Source: Arenicellales bacterium (lineage in GTDB: Bacteria > Pseudomonadota > Gammaproteobacteria > Arenicellales > JBFEOO01). From it: 64,000 nucleotides of DNA. Below are positions 13,099-24,115 of the stretch, in pieces. Positions within the stretch are counted from its first letter, which is position 1. The number at the start of each line of letters is the position of its first letter. The translations under genes and the position numbers were made by a program. The notes below the pieces were generated by a model. It was not told the origin of the DNA, made no database searches, and worked only from the letters and a program-made list of their open reading frames with translations. The stretch spans positions 2,138 to 66,137 of the forward strand of contig JBFEOO010000011.1 of the NCBI GenBank assembly GCA_041550555.1, written 5' to 3'.

Positions 13099-14167
13099 GC
13101 AGCGCCTCCCTGCAGATCGCGGCGACGCGCATCGTGGCATCGGGTTTGGCGAGGGCGCGCGCACGACGCGCGACGTCGAGCAGGCGTGCGCGATCGCGGG
13201 CGAATCCGTCGAGCAGCTCGGCGAGCTTCCCGGCGCCGAGATGCTCCTCACGCACCAGCACCGCGGCGCCGCGGTCGGCGAGGTAGGCGGCGTTCGCGCT
13301 CTGGTGGTCGTTCACTGCGTAGGGATACGGGACCAGAATCGCCGCGAGGCCCGCGGCGGTGATCTCCGCGATGGTCATGGCACCGGAGCGCGAGACGACG
13401 AGATCCGCCCACGCATATGCCGTAGCCATGTCGTCGATGAACTCTTCCACCTCTACCGAGGCAGTCACAGCCGCGTAGCGCTCGCGCAGCGCTGCGCTGT
13501 TGCCACGCCCGCACTGATGCCTGACATGAAGCGGCACCGTGCCGTCGAGCTCGGCGAGAGCCATGGGGAGGCGTTCATTGAGCACGCGCGCGCCCTGACT
13601 GCCGCCCACGACCAGCAGCCGCACCGCCCCCGTGCGCCCCGCGATCCGCTCGTCGGGAGGCGGCAGCTCGGCGATCTCCGCACGCACCGGATTGCCGACC
13701 CACTCCACGCGCTTGGCGGATTCGAGCACGCCCGGGAATCCGGTCATCACGCAGTCAGCCAACCTCGCAAGTACCCTGTTGGTCAACCCGGCGATTGCAT
13801 TGGCTTCATGAATCAGCAGCGGCCGCCGCAGCAGCCACGCCGCCACGCCGCCCGGTCCGGCAACGAAGCCGCCCATGCCCAGCAACGCGTCCGGACGGCG
13901 CCGATAGATGACCCGCATCGCCTGCACGACGGCGATCAGCAGCTGCAGCGGTGCCACAGCCCAGCGCAGCAGACCCTTGCCGCGCAAGCCGCGCACGTTG
14001 ACCCACTCGACATCGAAGCCGGCCGCCGGCACCGCCCGCGCCTCCAAGCCGGCGCGCGTGCCCAGCCACACCACTTCGATACCTTGGCCGCGCAGCAGGT
14101 CTGCCACCGCTAAGGCCGGGTAGACGTGCCCGCCTGTTCCGCCCGCCATGACCAGCAGCGTGCTCAC
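13091..14167 (-). CDS. murG: UDP-GlcNAc:lipid I N-acetylglucosaminyltransferase
   Basis: [23 protein letters not shown]-terminus, GT28 C-terminal domain ([12 protein letters not shown]). Confidence 0.95.
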   Translation of the reverse strand: MSTLLVMAGGTGGHVYPALAVADLLRGQGIEVVWLGTRAGLEARAVPAAGFDVEWVNVRGLRGKGLLRWAVAPLQLLIAVVQAMRVIYRRRPDALLGMGGFVAGPGGVAAWLLRRPLLIHEANAIAGLTNRVLARLADCVMTGFPGVLESAKRVEWVGNPVRAEIAELPPPDERIAGRTGAVRLLVVGGSQGARVLNERLPMALAELDGTVPLHVRHQCGRGNSAALRERYAAVTASVEVEEFIDDMATAYAWADLVVSRSGAMTIAEITAAGLAAILVPYPYAVNDHQSANAAYLADRGAAVLVREEHLGAGKLAELLDGFARDRARLLDVARRARALAKPDATMRVAAICREALHA

Positions 14168-15345
14168 GCGGCCCCCTGCCGGGTAAGCGGGGCCGGTCGT
14201 TCGCCCGCGGCCGCCGGCTTACCCGCCGCCAGCAGCAAGCCCGCGGCGGCACAGCTCACGATGAGACTGCTGCCGCCGTAGCTCAGCATCGGTAGCGTCA
14301 AGCCCTTGGTAGGCAGCACACCCATGTTGACGCCGATGTTGATGACCGCCTGCAGCACCAGCAGCAATCCGAGACCCTGTGCCAGGCGCGCCGCGAAGAG
14401 CCGTCCGCCACGCCGCGCCTCGCGGGCGATCACGAAGGCCCGCCACAGGATGACCGTGAACAGCGCCAGGACGACGGCGACGCCGACCAGGCCCAGCTCT
14501 TCCGCGATCACCGCGAGCAGAAAGTCGGTGCTCGCGTGGGGCAGGTAGTGAAGCTTCTGGACGCTCCCGCCCAGACCCACGCCCAGCCACTCGCCGCGCC
14601 CGAACGCGATGAGGGCCTGCACGAGCTGAAAACCGCTGCCAAACGGATCCGACCATGGATCAATGAAGCTCGTCAGTCTCGCCATCCGGTAGGGTGCGAG
14701 CAGCGCAAGGGCGACCATGCTCGCCACCGCGACCCCCGCACCGACCAGGAAGTGCAAGAGCCTGACCCCCGCCAAGAACAGCATGCCGGCAAAGGTCGCC
14801 GTGAGCACGACGGTGCCGCCGAAATCGGGCTCGAGCAGCAGCAGCACCGCGAACGTGGCGACGATGGCGCTCGGGTAGACGATGCCCTCGCGCAGCTGAC
14901 CGACAGCGTCGTGCTTACAGGCGAGGTACGCGGCCATGTGCACGACGAGGGCAAGCTTGGCCAGCTCCGAGGGCTGCATGCGCACCGGGCCCAGCGGCAG
15001 CCACCGGCGGCTGCCGTTGACCTCGATGCCGATGCCGGGAACAAGCACCAGCACCAGCAGCAGTCCCGCCAGCACCAACAGCGCGCCGCTCAGCATACGC
15101 CACAAGTCGAGCGGCGTATGGTAGGCGCCCACCAGCGCTGCGGCGCCGATGGCGACCGCGATGCCGTGGTGGGCGAGCTTGCCGAGCGCCGCCTCCGCGT
15201 CGGTCGCCGTCGCCGTCACCGCCGAGTACACCATGATCAGGCCGAGGGCGAGCAGCGCGATCACTGCGCCGAGCAGCCAGGGGTCGGCGGCGCCGGTCAC
15301 GCGTTGTTGCGGCGCCGTGCAGACCTTGGCCATGGTCGCGCTCAC
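14164..15345 (-). CDS. ftsW: SEDS-family peptidoglycan polymerase FtsW
   Basis: Polytopic membrane protein with RWLPLGPVRMQPSELAKL and LPTKGLTLPMLSYGGSSL. 4-nt overlaps with murG and murD. Confidence 0.92.
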   Translation of the reverse strand: MSATMAKVCTAPQQRVTGAADPWLLGAVIALLALGLIMVYSAVTATATDAEAALGKLAHHGIAVAIGAAALVGAYHTPLDLWRMLSGALLVLAGLLLVLVLVPGIGIEVNGSRRWLPLGPVRMQPSELAKLALVVHMAAYLACKHDAVGQLREGIVYPSAIVATFAVLLLLEPDFGGTVVLTATFAGMLFLAGVRLLHFLVGAGVAVASMVALALLAPYRMARLTSFIDPWSDPFGSGFQLVQALIAFGRGEWLGVGLGGSVQKLHYLPHASTDFLLAVIAEELGLVGVAVVLALFTVILWRAFVIAREARRGGRLFAARLAQGLGLLLVLQAVINIGVNMGVLPTKGLTLPMLSYGGSSLIVSCAAAGLLLAAGKPAAAGERPAPLTRQGAA

Positions 15346-16715
15346 CGGTGGTGCTCCCGAACCGCGGCGCGGAACACCTCGCCGCGATGCTCGAAGTTGT
15401 CGAACATGTCGAAGCTGGCACAGGCCGGCGAGAACAGCACCGTGTCGCCGGACTGCGCCAGTTTCGCCGCGACGGCGACGGCCTGCGGCAGCGTCGCGGC
15501 CCGGCGCGTGGGCCGGGTGCCGGCGAGCACGTCCTCGAGCAGGGGGGCATCCCGGCCGAACAGCACGACCGCCCGCACGTGCCGCTCGACAACCGGCCGC
15601 AGCGGGGAGAAGTCCGCCCCCTTGCCGAGGCCCCCGGCAATCAGCACGACCGGCGTTCCCGTCCCGGATATCGCCGCCACGGTGGCGCCGACGTTGGTGC
15701 CCTTCGAATCGTTGACCCAGCGGACTCCGCCCCAGCTGCCCAACACCTCCGCGCGGTGCGGCAGTCCGCTGAAACGCATGAGCGGCGCCGCCATGGCCTC
15801 CGGCCCGACGCCAAGCGTCTGCGCCAGCGCACAGGCCGCCAGCGCGTTGAAGACGTTGTGCCTTCCGGCCAACGCCAAATCACACGTCGCGACAATGCGC
15901 TCGTTGCCCCGCACCAGCCACTCGCTGCCGCCGCTGAGCTCGAGACCGTAGTCGGAAGCGCCCGGCGGCGTGCCCAAACCCACCGAGACCACATGCGGCG
16001 CGCCGTGCGCCAGCGCTGCGGCGCGTGCGTCGTCGCGGTTGACGACCGCGGTCGCGCAGCTCGAGAAGATGCGGCCCTTCGCGCGCGCGTACGCCTCGAG
16101 ATCGGTGTAGCGGTCCATGTGGTCACTGCTGACATTGAGCACCGTCGCCGCCAGCGGTCGCAGGCTTGCGGTGGTCTCGAGCTGGAAGCTTGAGAGTTCC
16201 AGCACGTAGACGGCGGGGGTCGGCTCGCTCAGCAGGTCCAGCACCGGCACGCCGATGTTGCCGCCCACGGCCACGTCGAGCCCCGCGCTCCGCAGCATCT
16301 CCCCGACGAGCGTCGTCACCGTGCTCTTGCCGTTCGAGCCGGTTATGGCAACCACCGGCGCGGCCGTCGCTCTCGCGAACAGCTCGACGTCGCCGACGAC
16401 GTCGATGCCACGTTGGCGGGCCTCGCGAACCAAGGCATCGTGCGGCGACACGCCTGGGCTCACCACGCAAAGATCGATGCCCGCGACGGCGTCCGGCTGG
16501 AGGGCACCGCTGGTGAGCGCCACCTCCGGCAGCCGCGCCCGCAGCGCCGCCTCCATCGGCGGGTGCCGCCGCGAGTCCACGGCTCGCACGCGGTAGCCTT
16601 TTCCGTGCAAATACCGGGCGCAGGAAAGCCCGGTGCGGCCCATGCCGACGACGAGCGCTTCGCCGGCCCAGGCTCGGCCGGCTGCGCTAGTTTCGGTCGT
16701 CACAGCCGTCTGCAT
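15342..16715 (-). CDS. murD: UDP-N-acetylmuramoylalanine--D-glutamate ligase
   Basis: VVGMGRTGLS Rossmann N-terminus, ITGSNGKSTVTT P-loop. Confidence 0.93.
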   Translation of the reverse strand: MQTAVTTETSAAGRAWAGEALVVGMGRTGLSCARYLHGKGYRVRAVDSRRHPPMEAALRARLPEVALTSGALQPDAVAGIDLCVVSPGVSPHDALVREARQRGIDVVGDVELFARATAAPVVAITGSNGKSTVTTLVGEMLRSAGLDVAVGGNIGVPVLDLLSEPTPAVYVLELSSFQLETTASLRPLAATVLNVSSDHMDRYTDLEAYARAKGRIFSSCATAVVNRDDARAAALAHGAPHVVSVGLGTPPGASDYGLELSGGSEWLVRGNERIVATCDLALAGRHNVFNALAACALAQTLGVGPEAMAAPLMRFSGLPHRAEVLGSWGGVRWVNDSKGTNVGATVAAISGTGTPVVLIAGGLGKGADFSPLRPVVERHVRAVVLFGRDAPLLEDVLAGTRPTRRAATLPQAVAVAAKLAQSGDTVLFSPACASFDMFDNFEHRGEVFRAAVREHHR

Positions 16716-16719
16716 CGCG

Positions 16720-17802
16720 TCAGCGTATCTTCAACGTCGCCAGACCGATCAGCACCAGGATCAGGCTGATGATCCAGAATCGCACGCTCACCCGCGGCTC
16801 CGGCCAGCCCTTCAGCTCGAAGTGGTGGTGCAACGGCGCCATCCGGAAGACCCGCTTGCCGATGAGCTTGTAGGAGGCGACCTGCAGTATCACCGACACC
16901 GTCTCGACGACGAAGACACCGCCCATCACGAACAGCACGATCTCCTGACGGACGACCACGGCCACCGCCCCAATCGCGGCGCCGAGTGCCAGCGCGCCGA
17001 TGTCCCCCATGAAGACCTGAGCGGGATACGTGTTGAACCACAGGAAGCCAAGGCCGGCACCGACCAGCGCAGCACAGAACACCAGCATCTCGCCGGCACC
17101 AGGAATATAGGGAATGCCGAGATAGCTCGAGAAGATGCTGTTACCCGTCGCGTAGGCGAAGATGGCGAGCGCACCGGCGACCAGCACCGTCGGCATGATG
17201 GCCAGTCCGTCGAGACCGTCGGTGAGGTTCACCGCGTTGCTCGACCCTACGATCACCAGATACGTCAGCGGAATGAACCATATGTTGAGATCGATGGCGA
17301 CGTCTTTGAAGAACGGCACGATCAGCTGCGTCTCGGCCGGGACCTGCGCGGTCGCAAAGAGAAACACGGCGCTCACGACACCGGCCACGCTCTGCCAAAG
17401 GAACTTGGCCTTGGCACCGATGCCGCGCGGGTTCTTGTCGATGAGCTTGCGGTAGTCGTCGAGCCAGCCGATTGCACCGAACGCCAGACAGGTGAACAGG
17501 ACCACCCACACGAAGCGATTGTCGAGACTCGCCCACAACAGCGTCGACAGGGCGACGGAGATCAGGATCAAGCTGCCCCCCATCGTGGGGGTGCCGACCT
17601 TTTCGAAGTGACTCGCCGGCCCGTCGTCGCGCACCGTCTGGCCGATCTGGTGATGGGACAGCTTGCGGATCAAGGCCGGCCCGACGATGAAGCAGATGGC
17701 GAGCGAGGTCAGCACACCGCAGATGCCTCTGAACGTGAGGTAGCGGAAGACGTTGAACACCGTGAACTCATTGGCGAGGGCGTCAAATACATAAGCCAGC
17801 AT
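16720..17802 (-). CDS. mraY: Phospho-N-acetylmuramoyl-pentapeptide transferase
   Basis: [53 protein letters not shown] 17802 lies just after the murF stop. Confidence 0.95.
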   Translation of the reverse strand: MLAYVFDALANEFTVFNVFRYLTFRGICGVLTSLAICFIVGPALIRKLSHHQIGQTVRDDGPASHFEKVGTPTMGGSLILISVALSTLLWASLDNRFVWVVLFTCLAFGAIGWLDDYRKLIDKNPRGIGAKAKFLWQSVAGVVSAVFLFATAQVPAETQLIVPFFKDVAIDLNIWFIPLTYLVIVGSSNAVNLTDGLDGLAIMPTVLVAGALAIFAYATGNSIFSSYLGIPYIPGAGEMLVFCAALVGAGLGFLWFNTYPAQVFMGDIGALALGAAIGAVAVVVRQEIVLFVMGGVFVVETVSVILQVASYKLIGKRVFRMAPLHHHFELKGWPEPRVSVRFWIISLILVLIGLATLKIR

Positions 17803-17804
17803 GC

Positions 17805-19160
17805 TCAGCGCCCTCCGGCCGCCGGTGCCGGCCCGCATACCGCCTCGACGACGCGTTCCATGCGCATGCGGCGAGAGCCTTTGACCAGCACCGTGGTTCC
17901 GGGACGGGCGAGGGCACGCAGGGCCTGCGCCAAGCCGTCGGCGTCTTCGAAGTGCTCGGCGCCTTCGCCGAACGCTTCCGCAGCGTGACGGCTGTAGCGA
18001 CCGATGGCCAGCAGACGGTCGACCCCCATGGCCCGTGCCAGCTGACCGGCATCGATGTGCAGCGCGACGCTCGCATCACCGAGCTCGGCCATGTCGCCGA
18101 GAACGAGGAAGCGCTCGCCGGCCGCCCCGCGCAGCACCTCGAGACCGGCGCGCAGCGAGGCGGGATTGGCGTTGTAGGTGTCGTCAAAGACCTGGCCCCC
18201 GGCGAGGGTGAGACGCGGCTGCAGCCGTCCCGGCACCGACTTGACCCGGCCGAGACCTGCGCGCACGTCCTCGAGGCGGGCACCGGCGGCCAGCGCGGCC
18301 GCGCTGGCGGCAAGCGCATTGGCCACATTGTGCAGCCCGGGCAGCGCCAGCACGATGTCGACGCGACCCGCCGGCGCCGAGAGCAGCACGCGCTGACCCT
18401 CCGCACAGGGCTCGACGGTGGCGCTCACATCCGCTCCGCCGCTCAGCCCGAAGGTCAGACGCGCGAACTCGCGCGCGGCCTCGAGCCACAGGTCACAGTG
18501 CGCGTCGTCGGCGTTGATCACGGCCACGCCGCCCGGCTGCAACCCTTCGAAGATCTCCGCTTTGGCGCGCGCCACGGCGGCGACGCTGCCGACACCCTCG
18601 AGGTGAGCCGGGGCTGCATTGTTGACGAGCGCCACGGTGGGTCGGGCGAGCCGCGTCAGGTAGCGGATCTCTCCCGCATGGTTCATGGCGAGCTCGACCA
18701 CCGCGAAGCGATGCGCAGCCCGCATTCCGAGCAACGTCAGCGGCAGGCCGATGTGATTGTTCAGATTCCCCGTCGTGATCAGTCCATCCGAACGCGTCCC
18801 CATGATCGCGCCGACCATCTCCTTCACCGTCGTCTTGCCGTTGCTGCCGGTGATGGCCACAACCGGGATGTCGAACTGCGACCGCCAGCGGCCGGCCAAG
18901 CGTCCGAGCGCAGCGACCGTGTCGTCAACGAGGATCGACGGCAGCTCGACCACCGGCTGCCGGCTCGCCAGCACGGCCGCCGCGCCGCGCTCCGCCGCCG
19001 CGCTGGCATAGTCGTGGCCGTCGACGCGCGTGCCGGGCAACGCCACGAAGAGCTCGCCGCCGCACACGGCGCGCGAGTCACTCACAACGCCGGTGAATTC
19101 CCGGTCGGCTCCTATCAACGTGCCGTGAACCGCGCGGGCTGCCTCGACCAGTCTCATCAC
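17805..19160 (-). CDS. murF: UDP-MurNAc-tripeptide--D-alanyl-D-alanine ligase
   Basis: [15 protein letters not shown]-loop, Mur ligase middle and C-terminal domains. 4-nt overlap with murE. Confidence 0.93.
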   Translation of the reverse strand: MMRLVEAARAVHGTLIGADREFTGVVSDSRAVCGGELFVALPGTRVDGHDYASAAAERGAAAVLASRQPVVELPSILVDDTVAALGRLAGRWRSQFDIPVVAITGSNGKTTVKEMVGAIMGTRSDGLITTGNLNNHIGLPLTLLGMRAAHRFAVVELAMNHAGEIRYLTRLARPTVALVNNAAPAHLEGVGSVAAVARAKAEIFEGLQPGGVAVINADDAHCDLWLEAAREFARLTFGLSGGADVSATVEPCAEGQRVLLSAPAGRVDIVLALPGLHNVANALAASAAALAAGARLEDVRAGLGRVKSVPGRLQPRLTLAGGQVFDDTYNANPASLRAGLEVLRGAAGERFLVLGDMAELGDASVALHIDAGQLARAMGVDRLLAIGRYSRHAAEAFGEGAEHFEDADGLAQALRALARPGTTVLVKGSRRMRMERVVEAVCGPAPAAGGR

Positions 19161-20632
19161 CCCGCTTTCCTCCGATAGCTCGTGACCACCGTGCGATCGT
19201 CGAAGGGGAGCCGTCTGTCGCCGATCTCCTGGGTGTCCTCGTGGCCTTTACCCGCCACCAGCACCGTATCCGCCGCCGCGGCATGCTCCAGGGCCCAGCG
19301 GATCGCTTGGGCGCGGTCGTGGATCACTGCGACGTTGCGACGCATACCCGTCTTGATGTCGTTGACGATTTGCTCCGCAGGCTCACGACGGGGATTGTCA
19401 TCGGTGATGACGATCTCATCCGCCAGTCGATCAGCGATTCGCCCCATGATGGGCCGTTTGGCGTGATCGCGGTCACCGCCACACCCGAACACGCACCACA
19501 GTCGACCCGCGGTTTGCTCGCGCAACGCCCGCAGCGCCTTGGCCAAGGCATCGGGCGTATGCGCGTAATCAACGGCTACCGTCGGCACGCCGTCACCGCC
19601 CGGAAACATCTCCATACGCCCGGGCACCGGCGACAGCTTGGCCATCGCGGTGGCGATATCCCGAGCTTCGATGCCGAGCGCGAGCAGCGTCGCCACGACA
19701 GCGAGCACGTTGTTCACGTTGAAGCGACCGAACAGGGCGGGAGCGCACTCGATCGCACCGGCCGGGGTCGCCAGGGTCAGGCGCATACCGAAAAGTCCCA
19801 TGTCGGCCGCCTCGAGCGTCACATCCGCCCGTTCACCGGCGTAGCTCCACACCCGCTCGGCGCCGGTCGTGCTCAGCAGCCGCTGTCCCAGCACATCGTC
19901 GGCGTTGATCACCGCGGCCCGCAACCCCGGAAAGCAGAAGAGACGTGACTTAGCCCGGGCATACTCGGTCATGTCGCCGTGGTAGTCGAGATGATCGTGG
20001 CTGAGGTTGGTGAATACCGCAGTGTCCACCGCGGTCCCATCGACCCGCGCCTGGGCCAGCGCATGCGAAGAGGTCTCGAGGCATGCGTATTGTGCACCGG
20101 CGGCGACGAGCTTGGCGAGATAGTGCTGAACCCGAATCGCGTCCGGCGTCGTCAATCCGCAGACGTCCAAGTGATCGACGAAGCCGCAGCCGAGGGTGCC
20201 GAGCACGCCGCACGGGCGTCCCAGCGCCGTCAGGGCCTGGGCAGTGAGGTGCGTCACCGTGGTCTTGCCGTTGGTACCGGTCACCGCAACCACCTTCAGC
20301 CTGCGCGACGGCGATCCGTAGAATCGGTCGGCGATCACGCCGATGTGTTTGTACAAGTCCGGCACCGCGTACGACGGCACCGGCAGCTCGGGCGCCTGTG
20401 GCCAGCCGGCCGCTTCGAATACGACCGCCGCGGCGCCGCGCCGGAGCGCCTCGTCCACGAACAGTCGTCCGTCCGCGGTCGCCCCCGGCGCAGCGAGGAA
20501 CAGCCCTCCCCGCGCGACGGTCCGGCTGTCGCTGCTCACCGATGTCACGGCGGGATCGCCGTCGCTCGGGACGGCGACGATATCCGCCAGCAGCGTGCTG
20601 AGCAGAGAAGCTTGCGCGGCAGCGGCAGCCAT
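19157..20632 (-). CDS. murE: UDP-MurNAc-L-Ala-D-Glu--2,6-diaminopimelate ligase
   Basis: VTGTNGKTTVTHL P-loop, ITDDNPR (DNPR motif typical of meso-DAP-adding MurE). Confidence 0.93.
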   Translation of the reverse strand: MAAAAAQASLLSTLLADIVAVPSDGDPAVTSVSSDSRTVARGGLFLAAPGATADGRLFVDEALRRGAAAVVFEAAGWPQAPELPVPSYAVPDLYKHIGVIADRFYGSPSRRLKVVAVTGTNGKTTVTHLTAQALTALGRPCGVLGTLGCGFVDHLDVCGLTTPDAIRVQHYLAKLVAAGAQYACLETSSHALAQARVDGTAVDTAVFTNLSHDHLDYHGDMTEYARAKSRLFCFPGLRAAVINADDVLGQRLLSTTGAERVWSYAGERADVTLEAADMGLFGMRLTLATPAGAIECAPALFGRFNVNNVLAVVATLLALGIEARDIATAMAKLSPVPGRMEMFPGGDGVPTVAVDYAHTPDALAKALRALREQTAGRLWCVFGCGGDRDHAKRPIMGRIADRLADEIVITDDNPRREPAEQIVNDIKTGMRRNVAVIHDRAQAIRWALEHAAAADTVLVAGKGHEDTQEIGDRRLPFDDRTVVTSYRRKAG

Positions 20633-22350
20633 CAGAAACCGAGCCTCGTCGACTGCACCACGAGTCGCTGCATGTCGACGGTGTCCTTGTCGGGAACGGC
20701 GTTGCGCAGTCTGAGCGCGTCGGCCATGACCTTGGCGAAGACCGGTGCGGCGACGTCGCCGCCGTAGTGCTTGCCGGCCCGCGGTTCGTCGATGATGATC
20801 ACCACGACCAGGCGCGGATCGGTAACCGGCGCGAATCCGGCGAACAGCGCCACGTACCGATCGGGGGCGTAGCCGGCAGCGGTCAGCTTGTGCACCGTCC
20901 CCGTCTTGCCGGCCACGCGGTAATAGGGGATCTGGGCTCGCGCCGCCGTCCCCTGCTCACTCGCCGCCAGCTCCAGCATGGCGCGCACGGATCGCACGAC
21001 GCTCGTCGGCACCACCTGCTCACCGACCACGGTGCCGCGGCGACGCAGCATGGTGATCGGCACGCGCTGGCCATCGTTGGCCAGCACCGCATAGGCCCGC
21101 GCCAGCTGCAGCGGTGTCGCGGACAGACCGTATCCATAGGACAGCGTGGCCTGCTCGACGCGGCGCCAGCGCCGCCTGTCGCTCAGCGAGCCGCCCACTT
21201 CGCCGGGCAGCCCGCTGTCGGTCGCCGTGCCGAAGCCGAGGCTGCGGAAGAACTCGTAGAGCTCTCGGCCGCTCAGACGCATCGCAATCTTCGCGGCACC
21301 GATATTGCTCGACTTCACCAGCACGCGCGACACCGTGAGCGCCCCGTAGTCGTGCACGTCGCGAATCATATGCCGGCCTATGCGCATGACACCGGGGGCG
21401 GTGTCGATGTGGGTGTCGGGAGCAACCTTCCCGCGCGCGAGAGCCAGGGCTACGGTGAAGGGCTTCATGGTGGAACCCGGCTCCAGCACATCGGTGGCGG
21501 CGCGGTTTCGAAACCGACGGCTGTCGCGCTCGTCGCGATTGTTGGGATTAAAGCTCGGCGCGTTGACCATGGCCAGCACTTCGCCCGTGGTCGGGTCCAG
21601 CACGACAGCCGATGCGCCCACGGCCCGGTGTTGTGCAAACGCCGCATGCAGATGCTGATGGGTGAGATGCTGGATGCGGCTGTCGAGGCTCAAGGTCAAC
21701 CCGTATCCGTCCACCACCGGCCGGATGTTCTCGAGGTCCTCCACGATACGGCCAAGCCGATCACGCAGCACCCGTTTCAGTCCGTCGACACCAGCCAGAT
21801 GACTCTCGTAGGCCAGCTCGATGCCTTCCTGGCCGCGATCGTCGATGTCGGTGAAGCCGAGGACGTGGCCGGTGACGGCCCCCGCCGGGTAGTAGCGGCG
21901 GTACTCCCGCCGCAGCGTCACCCCGGGCACCTGCAGCGCCATGACCTGAGCGGCGAGCTCCGGCGTGAGGTGACGCCTGAGGTACATGAACTCGCGGGTC
22001 GCGTAGCGTTCGACGTCGCGCCCGATCAGTTCGGGCGTTGTCCCGAGCAGCTGAGCAAGACGCGGCCATAGCGCCCGACCTTCGGCCAGCGTCGCCGGAT
22101 GCGCCCAGACGCTGTCCACGGGGGTGCTGACGGCGAGCGGCTCCCCGTTGCGGTCCAGCACCATTCCGCGCGTGGCGACGATCTGCTCGACTCTCGAATA
22201 GCGGGCCTCGCCCTGGGCCCGCAGATACTCGCTTGTGCGCACTTGTAGGACGTAGGCACGCGCGGCCAGCAGCGCCATCACGCCGAGCAGCGCACACAGC
22301 ACTAGCCACTCGCGTGCGGCGCAAGCGCCGCCGTGTGGTCGCTCGGTCAT
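20632..22350 (-). CDS. ftsI: Penicillin-binding protein 3 (division transpeptidase)
   Basis: SxxK STMKPF, SxN KSSNIG, KTG AGKTGTV. ATG 22350 forms an ATGA overlap with the ftsL stop. The upstream 46 codons of the ORF lie inside ftsL. Confidence 0.93.
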   Translation of the reverse strand: MTERPHGGACAAREWLVLCALLGVMALLAARAYVLQVRTSEYLRAQGEARYSRVEQIVATRGMVLDRNGEPLAVSTPVDSVWAHPATLAEGRALWPRLAQLLGTTPELIGRDVERYATREFMYLRRHLTPELAAQVMALQVPGVTLRREYRRYYPAGAVTGHVLGFTDIDDRGQEGIELAYESHLAGVDGLKRVLRDRLGRIVEDLENIRPVVDGYGLTLSLDSRIQHLTHQHLHAAFAQHRAVGASAVVLDPTTGEVLAMVNAPSFNPNNRDERDSRRFRNRAATDVLEPGSTMKPFTVALALARGKVAPDTHIDTAPGVMRIGRHMIRDVHDYGALTVSRVLVKSSNIGAAKIAMRLSGRELYEFFRSLGFGTATDSGLPGEVGGSLSDRRRWRRVEQATLSYGYGLSATPLQLARAYAVLANDGQRVPITMLRRRGTVVGEQVVPTSVVRSVRAMLELAASEQGTAARAQIPYYRVAGKTGTVHKLTAAGYAPDRYVALFAGFAPVTDPRLVVVIIIDEPRAGKHYGGDVAAPVFAKVMADALRLRNAVPDKDTVDMQRLVVQSTRLGF

Positions 22351-22637
22351 TGCGGTTCTGGCTCTTCGAGAGCGATGTTCACCGTGCTCGTGGGCTCGGG
22401 GACGGTCATGCCCAGCTCGCTGCGCGCCCTGCCCTGCACGAGCTGATGGCCGGCCCAGGTGCCCCGCTCGAGCAGCAACCGGCCCCACTCGACGTTGAGC
22501 CGGTCGCGCTCGCCCTGCTGCGCCTGCAGCTCGAGAAACGCCGTGCGGTTCTGGTAGCGCACATGCACGATGGCAAGCGCCGTCGCCACCAACAGCACCG
22601 TCATCACGATGACTCCCACTCTCGCGTTGCTCATCAC
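22347..22637 (-). CDS. ftsL: Cell division protein FtsL
   Basis: 96 aa, one TM (VGVIVMTVLLVATALAIV) followed by a coiled-coil-like segment. Lies between rsmH and ftsI. Confidence 0.85.
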   Translation of the reverse strand: MMSNARVGVIVMTVLLVATALAIVHVRYQNRTAFLELQAQQGERDRLNVEWGRLLLERGTWAGHQLVQGRARSELGMTVPEPTSTVNIALEEPEPQ

Positions 22638-23557
22638 AGGCGCTCCGCCACGCGCAGAATTGCGCTGCGTGCCCGGGGATTGGCGGCCACCTCTTCGGAG
22701 CTCGGGCGCAGCGGGCGGCCGATCAATTTCAGCGTCGGCGCGAGCTCGGACTGTCTGACCGGGAGCTTGGCGGGAAAGACATCACCTCTGCTGGCAGCTC
22801 GCATGAAGCGCTTGACCTCTCTGTCCTCGATCGAATGAAAGCTGATGACGGCCAGGCGCCCGCCCGCCGCCAGCAGACCGACGCACTGTGGCAGCACGTC
22901 CCTGACTTCCTCGAGCTCGCGATTCACGCGCATGCGGATGGCCAAAAACGTCCTCGTAGCCGGATGCTTGCCGGGTTCGCGCGTCGGCACCGCGTCCGAG
23001 ACGACGCGCGCGAGCTGCGCCGTCGTTGCCAGCGCGCCCTCCTCGCGACAGCGCACGATCGCCCTGGCGATACGCACGGCATAACGTTCCTCGCCCAGCG
23101 TCCGCAGCACGCGCACGAGCTCCGCCTGGGACACGCTCGCCAGCCACCCACCGGCGCTCTCCCCCCGAGAGGGATCCATGCGCATGTCGAGGGGCCCGTC
23201 CTGGCCGAAGCTGAACCCGCGCTGGCTTTCGTCGAGCTGAGGCGACGACACACCCAGATCGATAACGATCCCCGCCGCCTGCCGGTCACCGAACGCGGCG
23301 CGAAAGACCTGTTGCAAGGATGAGAACGTACTCTTGACGATGCGCACTCGATCATCGCCTTGGAACATTCTCTGGGCGACATCGATGGCATCGGGATCCC
23401 GATCGACGAGCAGCAGCCGCCCGTCGGCGCCGAGCTGCGCGGCGATGGCGCGGGCATGACCACCGCGACCAAACGTCGCATCGACGTAGATGCCGCTCGG
23501 CTTGACGTCGAGCGCGTCGACGACCTCTCGTAACAGCACCGGCTCATGCAAGGACAC
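22634..23557 (-). CDS. rsmH: 16S rRNA (cytosine1402-N4)-methyltransferase
   Basis: HEPVLLREVVDAL, YVDATFGRGGH, DLGVSSPQLD. Confidence 0.95.
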   Translation of the reverse strand: MSLHEPVLLREVVDALDVKPSGIYVDATFGRGGHARAIAAQLGADGRLLLVDRDPDAIDVAQRMFQGDDRVRIVKSTFSSLQQVFRAAFGDRQAAGIVIDLGVSSPQLDESQRGFSFGQDGPLDMRMDPSRGESAGGWLASVSQAELVRVLRTLGEERYAVRIARAIVRCREEGALATTAQLARVVSDAVPTREPGKHPATRTFLAIRMRVNRELEEVRDVLPQCVGLLAAGGRLAVISFHSIEDREVKRFMRAASRGDVFPAKLPVRQSELAPTLKLIGRPLRPSSEEVAANPRARSAILRVAERL

Positions 23558-23572
23558 GGACGCATCCTGCGC

Positions 23573-24028
23573 TCACAGCGACAGCGACTCCATCTCGACC
23601 GGCAGCGGCCCCGCGACCATGTCCTGCGCGAGCCACTCGTCACGACAGGTGTTCCACAGCTCCTCGTTCCACAGCTCGAATTTGTTACCTTGGCCGATCA
23701 GCACCACGCGCTTGTCGAGCCCTGCGAACTGCCGCAGCGGCGGCGGCAACAACACGCGCCCGCTGCGATCTAGCTCACAGTCGGTCGCGTGTCCGATGAG
23801 AATTCGCTTGAGCTGCTGAGCGGCTGGATCAAGGCTCGGCAGACTGACGACCTTGCGCTCGATCTCCTCCCACTCGTTGAGGGGATACAGCCACAGGCAA
23901 CGCTCGCTGTTGTTGACGGTTATCACGAGCTGGCCGTTGCTCTGGGCAATGAGGCTGTCGCGATGTCGGGTCGGTATCGCTAGGCGCCCTTTGACGTCGA
24001 GATTGAGTGTGCTGACGCCGCGAAACAT
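23573..24028 (-). CDS. mraZ: Transcriptional regulator MraZ
   Basis: MFRGVSTLNLDVKGRLAIPTRHRD and a second SpoVT/AbrB-like repeat, DRSGRVLLPPPLR. ATG 24028 chosen; the GTG at 24067 would lie inside the operator. Confidence 0.93.
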   Translation of the reverse strand: MFRGVSTLNLDVKGRLAIPTRHRDSLIAQSNGQLVITVNNSERCLWLYPLNEWEEIERKVVSLPSLDPAAQQLKRILIGHATDCELDRSGRVLLPPPLRQFAGLDKRVVLIGQGNKFELWNEELWNTCRDEWLAQDMVAGPLPVEMESLSL

Positions 24029-24051
24029 TATGCCATTCTCTACGCCCGCTG

Positions 24052-24077
24052 ACCCAGAATTTCCCACTTAGCCCCAC
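24052..24077 (-). promoter_or_regulatory. MraZ operator: three TGGGN direct repeats with 10-bp periodicity
   Basis: The minus strand reads TGGGG-ctaag-TGGGA-aattc-TGGGT (boxes at 24076-24072, 24066-24062, 24056-24052). It lies 24-49 nt upstream of the mraZ ATG and just downstream of the -10 element. It matches the TGGGN-N5 repeat architecture described for E. coli MraZ. Confidence 0.7.
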
Positions 24078-24085
24078 TTCAAGAC

Positions 24086-24115
24086 ACTATAGTAAGCATG
24101 GCGACGGAGTGTCAA
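24086..24115 (-). promoter_or_regulatory. Sigma70-type dcw promoter (Pmra): TTGACA-N18-TATAGT
   Basis: The minus strand has a consensus -35 TTGACA (24115-24110) and -10 TATAGT (24091-24086) with an 18-nt spacer, in an AT-richer stretch upstream of mraZ. Confidence 0.6.
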
